Positions 16,633 through 25,850 of a stretch of 32,990 nucleotides of DNA are shown one piece after another. Made by a program: the position numbers and the translations under genes. The stretch covers positions 1 through 32,990 of the forward strand of contig CAZTEE010000001.1 in assembly GCA_964611775.1 (NCBI GenBank). Direction: 5' to 3'. The notes under the pieces were generated by a model. The model made no database searches, was not told where the DNA came from, and saw only the letters and a list, made by a program, of their open reading frames with translations. The stretch comes from an uncultured Phycisphaeraceae bacterium (GTDB lineage: Bacteria > Planctomycetota > Phycisphaerae > Phycisphaerales > UBA1924). Within the stretch, counting starts at the first letter, position 1, and the number at the start of each line of letters is the position of its first letter.

Positions 16633-17682
16633 GTGCGGCGGGCGACGGAGAGCATCGTGACGCAGCCGACAACCATCGAGAACCCGGCGGAAGTGCGACG
16701 CGGCGGCGTGCTCGCCGACTTCCCCGCCGACGACGCCGGCCTGCCGATCCCGCCCGAACCGCCCACGCTCCCCGACGCGGTCGCGTACACCAGATCCCTC
16801 GCGACCGGCCACTACGAGAACTTCAGCGTGCTGTCGCGGCTAGTCCCGGCGGCGCTGCGTGACGATTTCGCCGCGGTGTATGCCTTCTGCCGATGGGCTG
16901 ATGATCTCGGCGACGAGACCGGCGCCGGGGACGCCGGCCGGGCCGAGGCGGCGAGGCTCCTCGCGTGGTGGCGCGGCGAACTCGACAACTGCTTCCGCTC
17001 GGCGCGCGGCGAAAACGAAAATCAGCAACGCCACCACGTCTTCGTCGCGCTCGCGGACACCGCCCGGCGTCGGGGCCTCGCGCCCGAACATTTCCATCAC
17101 CTCATCGACGCGTTCGAGATGGACCAGCGCGTCACACGCTATGAAACTTGGGACGATGTGCTCGGCTACTGCAAACTCAGCGCGGACCCCGTCGGGCGGA
17201 TCGTGCTCGCGCTTGCCGGGCATGACGGATCGAAGCCCGGCGACGCCGAACGTTTCGCCATGTCCGACGCGACGTGCTCGGCGTTGCAACTTATCAACCA
17301 CTGGCAGGACGTTCGGCGTGACCTCATCGAGCGTGACCGCGTGTACCTGCCCGCCGCAGAAACCGGCCTGAGCGCGGCGGATCTCCGCGACATGCTCGAT
17401 CGCGGCGACGACCCGGCGAGCCGAGTGCGCTACATCCGCGCGGTCCGGCCGCTGGTCGAGCGGACGCGCGAGATGTTCCGCGCCGGGCGACCGCTGCCGA
17501 AGAATCTCGAACCTTCGATCGCGCCGGTGGTTCGGCTCTTCGGCGTGGGGGGGGAGGCTACTCTCGCCGCGGTCGAGCGCATCGGGTGCGCGACGTTGTG
17601 GCAGCGGCCGCGGCTTACTCGAGCGAAGAAACTGCTGCTGGTCGGGACCGCGGCGGCGCGGGCGGCGCTGTCTCAGCGATAG
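16633..17682 (+). CDS. hpnC: hydroxysqualene synthase (squalene synthase-like, HpnC type)
   Basis: The HpnC-type signature HYENFSVLSRLVP is present, along with the Asp-rich motif YAFCRWADDLGDE and a second motif LQLINHWQDVRRD. The start is uncertain: GTG at 16633, with several in-frame GTGs downstream. Confidence 0.85.
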   Translation: MRRATESIVTQPTTIENPAEVRRGGVLADFPADDAGLPIPPEPPTLPDAVAYTRSLATGHYENFSVLSRLVPAALRDDFAAVYAFCRWADDLGDETGAGDAGRAEAARLLAWWRGELDNCFRSARGENENQQRHHVFVALADTARRRGLAPEHFHHLIDAFEMDQRVTRYETWDDVLGYCKLSADPVGRIVLALAGHDGSKPGDAERFAMSDATCSALQLINHWQDVRRDLIERDRVYLPAAETGLSAADLRDMLDRGDDPASRVRYIRAVRPLVERTREMFRAGRPLPKNLEPSIAPVVRLFGVGGEATLAAVERIGCATLWQRPRLTRAKKLLLVGTAAARAALSQR

Positions 17683-17711
17683 CTCGGCGGCCGCGTTAGA
17701 CTGCACGGTTC

Positions 17712-18635
17712 ATGAGTTCGCTATCAGCCCCATCGCCGACCGACGAGCACGCCGCCGCTTATGCGTGGTGCCGGGATGTAGCGCGGACCCGGGCCCGAAA
17801 TTTTTATTACGGGTTGTGCCTGACGCCGGAACCCCGGCGTAGCGCGGTCTACGCGGTGTACGCGTGGATGCGCATCGGTGATGATCTTGTTGACGACGCC
17901 GGGGACGACGACGCGAAGCGCGAGGCGCTCGCCGCGTTTCGTGCGGCTACCGCAAACGTTCTCGACGGCATGAGCGCCGAGGAGCAGCCGATCGGCGCGC
18001 CCGAGATGTGGGCCGCGTTCGCCGACACGGTGCGCGCATTCGGCGTTGAAGCGCGCGACATCGACGCCATGCTCGCGGGCCTCGGCGAGGATCTCGACCA
18101 CGCCGGGTACGACACGCTCGACGACCTCCAGCGGTACTGCGCCCGCGTCGCGTCGAGTGTCGGTCGCGTGTGCGTGACGATCTGGGGGCTGCGTGACGGG
18201 ATGTCGATGGAAGACGCCGTGCGGCTCGCGGATCGGCGCGGGGTGGCGTTCCAGTTGACGAACATTCTCAGGGATTTCGCCGAGGATTTCGACGACGGGC
18301 GGGTTTATCTCCCGCGCGAATCTTTAGAGCGAGCAGGGATTACGCCCGGGCAGTTGCGGCGCTGGGACGAGCCGGCGGCGTGCGAGCGATTGGTGAACGA
18401 GGTTGCTGCGGCGGCGCGATCGGATTTCGAAGCGTCGGCGCCGCTCGAGGCGATGATCGATCCCGCGTGCGCGCCGACGCTCTGGGCGATGACGCGGATC
18501 TACGCCGGGCTTCTCGAGAAGATCGAGGATCGGCCGGCGCGGATCGTCGGTGAGGCGCGCATCCGGCTTCAATCGCTGCACAAAGCCGGGATCGCCGTGC
18601 GGGCGCTGGCGCGGAGCAAGCGCGGGCGATGGTGA
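17712..18635 (+). CDS. hpnD: presqualene diphosphate synthase (HpnD type)
   Basis: RARNFYYGLCLTP..R.AVYAVYAWMRIGDDLVDD is present, together with the second Asp-rich region AFQLTNILRDFAEDFDDGRVYLP. The gene lies 29 nt downstream of hpnC. Confidence 0.88.
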   Translation: MSSLSAPSPTDEHAAAYAWCRDVARTRARNFYYGLCLTPEPRRSAVYAVYAWMRIGDDLVDDAGDDDAKREALAAFRAATANVLDGMSAEEQPIGAPEMWAAFADTVRAFGVEARDIDAMLAGLGEDLDHAGYDTLDDLQRYCARVASSVGRVCVTIWGLRDGMSMEDAVRLADRRGVAFQLTNILRDFAEDFDDGRVYLPRESLERAGITPGQLRRWDEPAACERLVNEVAAAARSDFEASAPLEAMIDPACAPTLWAMTRIYAGLLEKIEDRPARIVGEARIRLQSLHKAGIAVRALARSKRGRW

Positions 18636-20011
18636 AGCGAAACCGCGCGGTGAAGTCGGCGCTCGTCGTCGGTGGCGGGATCGCCGGGATCGCCGCGGCG
18701 TTGCGGCTCGCCGAGGCCGGGGTCGCAGTAACCTTGCTCGAAACAAGGAAAAAACTCGGCGGCCGCGCCACGAGTTTCGACGACGCGCGCACCGGCGAGC
18801 GACTCGACAACTGCCAGCACATCGCGATGGGCTGCTGCACGAACTACCTCGACCTGCTCGGGCGGCTCGGCGTCGCGGGCATGGTCGAATGGTCGCGTGC
18901 GATCTGGTGGGTCGAGCGCGGCGGTCGACGCAGCGCGATGCGCCCGGGATTCACGCCCGCGCCCGCGCATTTCGCCGGATCATTTATTACCGCGAAGTTT
19001 CTTACGCTTGAAGAGAAGATCGCCGTCGCGGGCGCGATGCTCGTCCTGACCCGGGCGGCGCTAGATCGGCTCGAACACGAGACGTTCGCGGCGTGGCTGG
19101 ATCGGCACGATCAGCCGGCGGGCGCGGCCGAGAAGTTCTGGGCGCCGATCGTCGCGAGCGCGTGCAACGGCTGGCCCGAGCGGGTCGCGGCGTCCGCAGC
19201 GGCGCACGTCTTTCAGGAAGGGTTCCTCGCGCACCGCGACGCGGCGATGATCGGCGTCCCCTCGGCGCCGCTCGTGGAACTCTACGACTCCGCCGAATCA
19301 GCGATCGCACGCGCGGGCGGCGCGGTCCGGCTCGGCGCGTCCGTCGCGCGCATCGACCCGAACGAGGTCGAGACCGCCGACGGCGAACGGCTCGGCGCCG
19401 ATGTTGTTATATGCGCCGCACCATTCGAACGCGCTCTCAAGATCGTCGCGCACGACGTGCAGCGCGCCGACATCAGATTCGCCCGGCTCGCCCGGCTCGA
19501 ACACAGCCCGATCCTCGGCGTGCATCTTACATACGACCGGACAGTCCTCGACCTCCCCCACGCCGCGATGGTCGGGACGGGGACGCAGTGGGTCTTCCGC
19601 AAGGACGACGCGGGGACGCGCGTGCACGCTGTCATCAGCGCCGCGGACGGGTGGGTCGATCTCGGCGAGACGGAGATCGTCGAACGCGTCGCGGCGGATA
19701 TCGCGGCGTGCTTCCCCGCGGCGCGCGCGGCGCGGCTGCTCTCTGGCAGACCTGTCAAGGAGAAACGCGCGACGTTCCTGCCTACGGTCGAGTCGATCGC
19801 GGCGAGGCCGACGGCCACCGGAACCAGCGGGCTGATCCTCGCGGGCGATTACACACGCACGGGCTGGCCGTCGACGATGGAGGGCGCGACGCGGAGCGGG
19901 TACATCGCGGCGGCCGCGGCGCTGGGGCGCGATGAGGCGTCGCCGGGGAGGCCGCCGCTGAAGTCGGCGCCGGCATATCGTGCGGCGCGAGCGCTGGCCG
20001 GGGTCGAGTGA
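18629..20011 (+). CDS. hpnE: hydroxysqualene dehydroxylase (FAD-dependent amine-oxidase fold)
   Basis: The Rossmann motif is VVGGGIAGIAAALRLAEAGVAVTLLE..KKLGGRA. The C-terminal region LILAGDYTRTGWPSTMEGATRSG is present. The ATG overlaps the hpnD stop (ATGGTGA). Confidence 0.85.
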   Translation: MVKRNRAVKSALVVGGGIAGIAAALRLAEAGVAVTLLETRKKLGGRATSFDDARTGERLDNCQHIAMGCCTNYLDLLGRLGVAGMVEWSRAIWWVERGGRRSAMRPGFTPAPAHFAGSFITAKFLTLEEKIAVAGAMLVLTRAALDRLEHETFAAWLDRHDQPAGAAEKFWAPIVASACNGWPERVAASAAAHVFQEGFLAHRDAAMIGVPSAPLVELYDSAESAIARAGGAVRLGASVARIDPNEVETADGERLGADVVICAAPFERALKIVAHDVQRADIRFARLARLEHSPILGVHLTYDRTVLDLPHAAMVGTGTQWVFRKDDAGTRVHAVISAADGWVDLGETEIVERVAADIAACFPAARAARLLSGRPVKEKRATFLPTVESIAARPTATGTSGLILAGDYTRTGWPSTMEGATRSGYIAAAAALGRDEASPGRPPLKSAPAYRAARALAGVE

Positions 20012-20078
20012 CGCCGGCTCGTCGCGGCGATCGGGTCGGGCGCCCGTCGTGCGAATGCAGGGTGAGTAATCGGATGCA

Positions 20079-20102
20079 AGCCCAGGGATAAATCCCTGGG
20101 CT
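20079..20102. terminator. 10-bp stem hairpin between convergent hpnE and dinB (candidate terminator, weak U-tract)
   Basis: The hairpin is AGCCCAGGGA-TAAA-TCCCTGGGCT, followed by TTGGG. It is located between the hpnE stop (20011) and the dinB stop (20124). Confidence 0.45.
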
Positions 20103-20123
20103 TTGGGATGTCGTTGCGTGTGT

Positions 20124-21335
20124 TCACGCGGGCAGATCGGGGTCTGGGATGGTGCTGAAGGGGATTCGGACGGGGACGGCGTGGAATGTGCCGTGAAGCC
20201 CGCCGAGGTAGACGGCGTGCTTGCCGTGCCTGGTGTTGATGCGGTCGACGGCGCGCCAGAGGTCCGCCTCGCAGCGGGCGGCGGGGAAGAGCGGCTCGCC
20301 CGCGGCGGCGACGGGGAGCAGTTCATCGAGCGTCACGTCCGTTCGGACGGGCGTCCCGGCGAGCGTCCCGGGCCAGAGCGATTCGAATGTTCGTACGAGT
20401 GCGTGGGTGCTCTGTGTCGGCTGCAGCGGCGCCGAGGCGTGCCACCCGGGGCGGTCGGTGAAGTGCACGCCGACATTCAGCCGGCGCACCGCGAAGCCTT
20501 TCTGCCGGGCGCGGGCGGCGGCCTTGCTTATAAGATGCACAAGCATCGCGTGAGCGGCGGGGACCGTGCGGAGTTCCGGCGGGAGAAGCCGTTGATGCCC
20601 GACCGAGCGCGTCCGCGTCGCGACGGGCGGCGCGTCAAGCCCGCGAAGCCGACGCCACCAGCGACGCCCCTCGACGCTGCCCCAGATCGACGCGAGGCCG
20701 GCTTCGCTGATAGCGCAGAGTTGCTCGACGGTGGCTATGCCGCGATCGTGCAGGCGTTGTGTCATGCGAGGCCCGATGCCGGGGAAGTCGTCGAGTTTCA
20801 GCCCGAAGAGCCGTTCGGGCAGTTCGTCCCGGCGGAGCATGACCAGGCCGTCCGGCTTCTCCATTTCTGAGGCGAGTTTGGCGAGCGTCTCGCTGGGTGC
20901 GATCCCCGCTGAGCACGACAGGCCGGTGCTCTCGCGGACGGCCCGTTTGACGCGCTGGGCCGTCGCGAGGGCCTCGGCGGGGGTCCGCTCGTTCGCGGCG
21001 AGTTTGCACGAGAGTTCGTCGATCGAGCAGACACGGTGCACAGGCAGGCACGTCTCGATCGCCGCGACGACCGCGTGGTGGGTGCTGATATAGAGTTCCG
21101 GGCGGGATTCGACCAGGACGATGTCCGGGCACAGCCGGCGTGCCTCGCGGACGGGGCATCCGGTTTTGACGCCGCGACGCTTGGCCTCGTAACTGGCGGC
21201 GATGCAGCAGGTTGTCTCGACGAGCACGGGGACGACGCCGACGGGTCGGCCGCGGAGTTCGGGCCGATCGCGCTGCTCGACCTGCGCGAAGTAGGCGTCC
21301 ACGTCAACGAAGAGGTATTGGTCGCACCCGAACAT
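20124..21335 (-). CDS. dinB: Y-family DNA polymerase (Pol IV/DinB-like)
   Basis: The N-terminal catalytic motif is YLFVDVDAYFAQVEQRDRPELRGRPVGV. The second acidic motif is CSIDELS. The HhH region is DDFPGIGPRMTQRL. The product is 403 aa. Confidence 0.85.
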   Translation of the reverse strand: MFGCDQYLFVDVDAYFAQVEQRDRPELRGRPVGVVPVLVETTCCIAASYEAKRRGVKTGCPVREARRLCPDIVLVESRPELYISTHHAVVAAIETCLPVHRVCSIDELSCKLAANERTPAEALATAQRVKRAVRESTGLSCSAGIAPSETLAKLASEMEKPDGLVMLRRDELPERLFGLKLDDFPGIGPRMTQRLHDRGIATVEQLCAISEAGLASIWGSVEGRRWWRRLRGLDAPPVATRTRSVGHQRLLPPELRTVPAAHAMLVHLISKAAARARQKGFAVRRLNVGVHFTDRPGWHASAPLQPTQSTHALVRTFESLWPGTLAGTPVRTDVTLDELLPVAAAGEPLFPAARCEADLWRAVDRINTRHGKHAVYLGGLHGTFHAVPVRIPFSTIPDPDLPA

Positions 21336-21435
21336 AACCCGATCATACCGGGCTGGGCGGGGAGGAAAAAGGGCTGGGGGCAGAATCGGGGACGCCTGGG
21401 CTGAGCGAGGCTGAGGTCGGGGTTGAATCGCGGCG

Positions 21436-21495
21436 CACGCGCGGGACGCCCGTGCAACTAGGGAAGTTCAATCACGGGCGGGACGCCCGTGCCAC
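21436..21495. repeat. two tandem type-A REP palindromes
   Basis: 21436-21454 reads CACGCGCG-GGA-CGCCCGTG, with one arm mismatch. 21473-21491 reads CACGGGCG-GGA-CGCCCGTG and is perfect, followed by CCAC. Both lie between the dinB start (21335) and the fliM stop (21507). Confidence 0.7.
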
Positions 21496-21506
21496 TGGGT
21501 GGGCGG

Positions 21507-22535
21507 TCACACGCGGTCGTCCGCGGTGATGGGGCGCGTGATCCGCAGGACGCGGGCGCCGCGATGCTGGCCGATGTGGGCGAGCATTTTCTTTTTGCCT
21601 TCGACGGTGAAGACGACAGGCTCCGTGGCGAACTTGTCGGTGGTGATGATGTCGCCGGGTTCGAGCGTGGCGAGGTCGCGGAGTGTGATGGTGGTTTCGG
21701 CGAGCAGGCCGGCGACTTCGACGGGCGCCCCCGAGAGGGTTTTTTCGATGTGCTGGGTGTAGGCGCCGCCGGCCTGCCCGCGCCCAGCGGCGAACCATGA
21801 CTGCGAGGACAGTTTGTCCATCAGCGGCTCGATGACCTTATATGGGATGCAAAGGTTCATCGTCCCGGCGCGGTTGGCGAGGCGGATCTCGAAGCCGATC
21901 ACGACGGCGACCTCGTTCGGCGGGACGATCTGCACCAGCTGCGGGTTCGACTCCGTCTCGACCGCGCGGAACTCGAGGTGCGAAACATCTTCCCAGCTCT
22001 CGCGCATCGCCGCGACGGCGCGCTCGATGATCTTCGACACCAGGCGCGTCTCGATCACGGTGAGCGGGCGCGCGGGGACGAAGAGGTCGTCGTTGTTCCC
22101 GCCGAGGAGCCGATCGATGATGGGGAAGATGATGAGCGGGCTTAGTTCGAGGCAGAGCCGGCCTTGCAGCGGCTCGGCCACGACGAGGTGGAACGATGTC
22201 GGGTTCGGGAGCGCCGCAACGAACTCACCGTAGGTGATCTGTTCGCACGACGCGACCTTGACCTCCACGATCATGCGCAGGAATCCGCTAAGCCCGGCGC
22301 CGAAGTTTCGGGCGAAGGCTTCGTGGAGCGTCTGGAGGGCGCGCATCTGATCTTTGCTCACGCGCTCGGGACGTTTGAAGTCGTACTCGCGGACCTCGAC
22401 GGGGTCGCTGGGCTTGCGCCAACGGCTGAAGACGCGAGGCTCGGAGTCGTCGTAGGATGTCTCGGCGGCGAAGTCGCCCGAGTCAACCGCTGCCAGCAAG
22501 GCGTCGATATCGTTCTGATCGAGCACTTCGGCCAT
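21507..22535 (-). CDS. fliM: flagellar motor switch protein FliM
   Basis: The N-terminal CheY-P-binding-type peptide is MAEVLDQNDIDALL. The middle domain shows YDFKRPERVSKDQMRALQTLHEAFARNF. A C-terminal SpoA-like region is present. The product is 342 aa. Confidence 0.88.
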   Translation of the reverse strand: MAEVLDQNDIDALLAAVDSGDFAAETSYDDSEPRVFSRWRKPSDPVEVREYDFKRPERVSKDQMRALQTLHEAFARNFGAGLSGFLRMIVEVKVASCEQITYGEFVAALPNPTSFHLVVAEPLQGRLCLELSPLIIFPIIDRLLGGNNDDLFVPARPLTVIETRLVSKIIERAVAAMRESWEDVSHLEFRAVETESNPQLVQIVPPNEVAVVIGFEIRLANRAGTMNLCIPYKVIEPLMDKLSSQSWFAAGRGQAGGAYTQHIEKTLSGAPVEVAGLLAETTITLRDLATLEPGDIITTDKFATEPVVFTVEGKKKMLAHIGQHRGARVLRITRPITADDRV

Positions 22536-22718
22536 GCTGGTAGCGGCTCCTGACGGGCGGTACGGGCGCGGGGTTTGATGGATTCGGAGGACGCCGCCGC
22601 CGAATCCGATGCTGTCGGTATCGGACCCAGACGGCGGCGGGCTTGAAGCGGCGTCGGGGCGGGTGCTCCGGCTGTCCCGTCCAACACGGGAATAGTTCCA
22701 CTCTCAACAGGGCTTACA

Positions 22719-24836
22719 GTGCCGATGACCGACCACGCCTCCAGACGATTTCTCGGGATCCTGACCCTCTTCGCGGTGCTGCTCGCTCCCGCAGCGACAT
22801 TTGCGCAAGGCGCGTTCGGGCAGCAGGGGGCGTTCGGCTCACGCCCGGGAACGCAGCAGGAACGCACAGTCAAGCCCGGCGAGGAGGTCGTCGTCGATGT
22901 CGCGGCGTCTCTGAGCACAGTCCGCCCGGGTGAGACCGTCGCGATCGCGTTCATCCTCGACCACGCCGATCACTGGCACTCCTGGCCGAGCGCCGCGCAG
23001 GACGTCCTCCCGAAGAACATCGCGGAGTTCGCCCTGCGCACAGAAGTCGGCGTCGCGGGCGCTAAGCCGGACTGGATCGGCCTCGTCGGACCGGTGCAAT
23101 GGCCCGAACCCGCGCCCGCACCTGTTGCGAACCCCATGGGCGGCCCGCCGATCGAAGTCCCAACCTATCAAGGCCGGGCCATCGCCTACCTACCCGTGAT
23201 CATCGCCGACGACGCCGAGGCCGGTGAATACACCCTCGACGTGCGCACGTTCTTCCAGGCCTGCGACGACAAGGTGTGCCTGGCGCCGAGGACGGAACGA
23301 CGGTCGCTGACGTTCACCGTCACGCCCGCGGGCGCGGAGATCCAATCGCCGGCGCCCGGCGAAGACTTCGCCGCGTTCGACCCGAGCGTCTTCGCACTGA
23401 TGATGAGCGGGGAAGCCACCGGCGATGACGGGCCCGAAGCCCGTCCCGCCGACGCCGGTGATGAAGTTGAATCGGCCGACGCCGCCGCCGCCGGGCGGAC
23501 ATTCTTCGGCGTGACGCTCCCGCGCGGGGACAGCGCGCTCGGCGTCGTCGTGCTGGCGCTCCTCGGGATGCTCGGCGGGTTCATTCTTAACCTTACTCCC
23601 TGTGTGCTCCCCGTCATACCCATCAAGGTTCTTACTATCAGCAAGCACGCCGAGACACCCGGGCGGGCGCTGTCGCTCGGCCTGTGGATGAGCGCCGGCG
23701 TGGTCGCGTTCTGGGTCGGGATCGGCCTGCCGATGGCTTTCTTCAGCGCCGCATCCGACCCCTCACGGCTCTTCGGCATCTGGTGGTTTACGCTCGGCGT
23801 CGGGCTGCTGATCGGCGCGATGGGCGTCGGCATAATGGGCGCGTTCCAGATCACCCTGCCGAACTCGCTGTACATGGTGAATCCCAAGGCGGACTCGCCC
23901 GGCGGCTCGTTCATGTTCGGCGTGATGACCGCGGTGCTAGGACTGCCGTGTTTCGGCTTCGTCGCCGGGGCCCTCCTGGCGGGGGCGGCGACGCTGCCCG
24001 CCATCACCGTGATGGTGATCTTCGCATCGCTCGGGATAGGGATGGCGGCGCCTTACTTTGTAATGGCGCTCAAGCCCGGCCTCGTCGATCGCATCCCGCG
24101 CACCGGACCCGCGAGCGACCTCGTCAAGCAGATCATGGGGTTCCTCCTGCTCGCCGCCGCGGCATACTTCGTCGGGGCCGGGCTGATGGCGCTCACCGCC
24201 GACATGCCCTGGATCGCAAAGCAACTCCACTGGTGGGGCGTGGCGTTCTTCGCGACGCTCGGCGGGTTGTGGCTGATGGGCAAGACAATCCGCATCACGT
24301 CGAAGCCCACGCCGAGGGTTGTGTTCTCGCTCATCGGTGTGGTGATCGCCGGCGCCGCGCTCGCCGTGGCGTTCTCGTCCACCGAAACGGCAAAGAAAAA
24401 CTATGAGGCACGGGCTGCGGCGTTCGCGGCGGCGGGCGGCGTCGCCGACGGCTTCATCCCCGGCGTCTGGAACGACTACACACCTGATCGCCTCGAAGCA
24501 GCGCTCGAATCCGGACGTGTCGTCGTCATGGATTTCACCGCCACTTGGTGCCTCAACTGCAAAGCCCTCAAGGCCGCCGTCCTCGATGTCAACCCCGTAC
24601 GTACCGAACTCGAATCGGACTCCGTCGTTCCCATTCAGGTCGATCTCACCAGCACCAAAGCGCCCGGCTGGGACAAACTCCGCGAACTCGGCCAGACCGG
24701 CATCCCGCTGCTCGTCGTGTATGGTCCGGGCCTTGAGAAGCCCTGGCAGTCCAACGCATACACGTCCGAGCAGGTGCTCGCCGCGATCGAGCGGGCCCGA
24801 GGCGCCGCCGCCTCCACGATTACCTCGGCACGCTGA
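22719..24836 (+). CDS. dsbD: thiol:disulfide interchange protein DsbD/DipZ (alpha domain, CcdA membrane core, thioredoxin gamma domain)
   Basis: A signal peptide is present. The alpha-domain Cys pair is FFQACDDKVCLAP. The membrane-core cysteines are LNLTPCVLPVIP and LGLPCFGF. The C-terminal thioredoxin motif is FTATWCLNCK. The start is GTG at 22719 or ATG at 22725. Confidence 0.9.
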   Translation: MPMTDHASRRFLGILTLFAVLLAPAATFAQGAFGQQGAFGSRPGTQQERTVKPGEEVVVDVAASLSTVRPGETVAIAFILDHADHWHSWPSAAQDVLPKNIAEFALRTEVGVAGAKPDWIGLVGPVQWPEPAPAPVANPMGGPPIEVPTYQGRAIAYLPVIIADDAEAGEYTLDVRTFFQACDDKVCLAPRTERRSLTFTVTPAGAEIQSPAPGEDFAAFDPSVFALMMSGEATGDDGPEARPADAGDEVESADAAAAGRTFFGVTLPRGDSALGVVVLALLGMLGGFILNLTPCVLPVIPIKVLTISKHAETPGRALSLGLWMSAGVVAFWVGIGLPMAFFSAASDPSRLFGIWWFTLGVGLLIGAMGVGIMGAFQITLPNSLYMVNPKADSPGGSFMFGVMTAVLGLPCFGFVAGALLAGAATLPAITVMVIFASLGIGMAAPYFVMALKPGLVDRIPRTGPASDLVKQIMGFLLLAAAAYFVGAGLMALTADMPWIAKQLHWWGVAFFATLGGLWLMGKTIRITSKPTPRVVFSLIGVVIAGAALAVAFSSTETAKKNYEARAAAFAAAGGVADGFIPGVWNDYTPDRLEAALESGRVVVMDFTATWCLNCKALKAAVLDVNPVRTELESDSVVPIQVDLTSTKAPGWDKLRELGQTGIPLLVVYGPGLEKPWQSNAYTSEQVLAAIERARGAAASTITSAR

Positions 24837-24851
24837 TCGGCGGGCCGTCTT

Positions 24852-25850
24852 ATGACTCGGCTATGGGCGCCCATGCTCGCGCTCGGGCTGGCGATCGCGC
24901 TGGCCGTCGTCGCCTGGCTCGGCTTCGGGACGGTCCTCGAAACCGTCCGCCGCGCCGGCTGGGGCGTGCTGATCCTCGCGCCCATCTATCTCGCGCCGTT
25001 GCTGCTAGCGAGTCTGTCGTGGAGCCAACTCCTGCCGCATGGCCGTAGGCCCGGCGTCGGACGTTCGATCCTGCTTACATGGGTCGGGCTGGCGGTGAAC
25101 TGGCTCCTCCCCGTCGGGCAGGTCGGCGGGGAGGTCGTCAAGGCGCGTTGGGCGACGCGCCTCGGGACGCCCGGCCCGGACGCCGCCGCCTCCGTCGTGG
25201 CCGACAAAACATTACAGGTCGCAACCCAAATTATATTCGCGATCGTCGGCGTCGCCCTCTTCGCCTGGGCCTCGACGGACACCGGCGTCCTCGTCGGGGC
25301 GATCGTCGGGACCGGCGCGTTCACCATCGGCGTCGTCGGATTCGTCGTCATACAACGCCGGGGGATCTTCCGAACAACCGCAACACTCGCGAGACGACCG
25401 CTCGAAAAACTCGGCGTCGCCGGCCTCCACGAGGACGCCGCCAGGGTCGACGAAGCACTCCGCGCGATCTACGCCGACCGGGCCTCGCTCGCGCGGGCTG
25501 CATTATTAAGAATGGCCTTCCGGCTCACGCTCGTCATCGAGACCGCCGTCGCGCTCGAACTGCTCGGCCACCCCGTCGGGCTGGCGAAGATCATCGCGTT
25601 CGAGGCGCTCGGGCAGACCGTCCGCGCCGGCGCGTTCCTGATCCCCGGCGGGATCGGCGTGCAGGAGGGCGCGTTCGTCGCGCTCGCCGTCGGACTCGGC
25701 ATCCCCGCCCCCGTCGGGCTGGCCGTGTCGCTGTGCAAACGCGCCCGGGAACTGCTCGTCGGCGTCCCCGGGCTGGTCGTCTGGCAGGCGCAAGTCGGGC
25801 GCGCCGCGTTCACGCCGAAGCCGGGCCGACATGCTCGCGATGGAATGTAA
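24852..25850 (+). CDS. LPG-synthase-TM / flippase-like membrane protein (UPF0104, HpnL-like)
   Basis: Polytopic protein of 332 aa. Its features are typical of the lysylphosphatidylglycerol-synthase TM-region family: VNWLLPVGQVGGEVVKARW and FLIPGGIGVQEGAFVALAV. It starts 15 nt after the dsbD stop. The HpnL assignment rests on family resemblance plus neighbourhood. Confidence 0.7.
   Translation: MTRLWAPMLALGLAIALAVVAWLGFGTVLETVRRAGWGVLILAPIYLAPLLLASLSWSQLLPHGRRPGVGRSILLTWVGLAVNWLLPVGQVGGEVVKARWATRLGTPGPDAAASVVADKTLQVATQIIFAIVGVALFAWASTDTGVLVGAIVGTGAFTIGVVGFVVIQRRGIFRTTATLARRPLEKLGVAGLHEDAARVDEALRAIYADRASLARAALLRMAFRLTLVIETAVALELLGHPVGLAKIIAFEALGQTVRAGAFLIPGGIGVQEGAFVALAVGLGIPAPVGLAVSLCKRARELLVGVPGLVVWQAQVGRAAFTPKPGRHARDGM

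Noticed and set aside
15427-16812. 461-aa minus-strand ORF, extremely rich in R, P and G
   Set aside because: It is an alternate frame of the ispH gene. Its composition is that of an out-of-frame high-GC reading, and the ispH frame has clear homology.
19298-20326. 342-aa minus-strand ORF, with several other ORFs of 140-280 aa, overlapping hpnE
   Set aside because: These ORFs are antisense or alternate-frame relative to hpnE, which has a clear FAD Rossmann motif. They are low-complexity R/P/S-rich sequences.
22536-22718. Sigma-28 (FliA) promoter upstream of fliM
   Set aside because: The best minus-strand match is TCAA-N17-TCCGATAC. It deviates from TAAA-N15-GCCGATAA in both boxes and in spacing, which is too weak to call.
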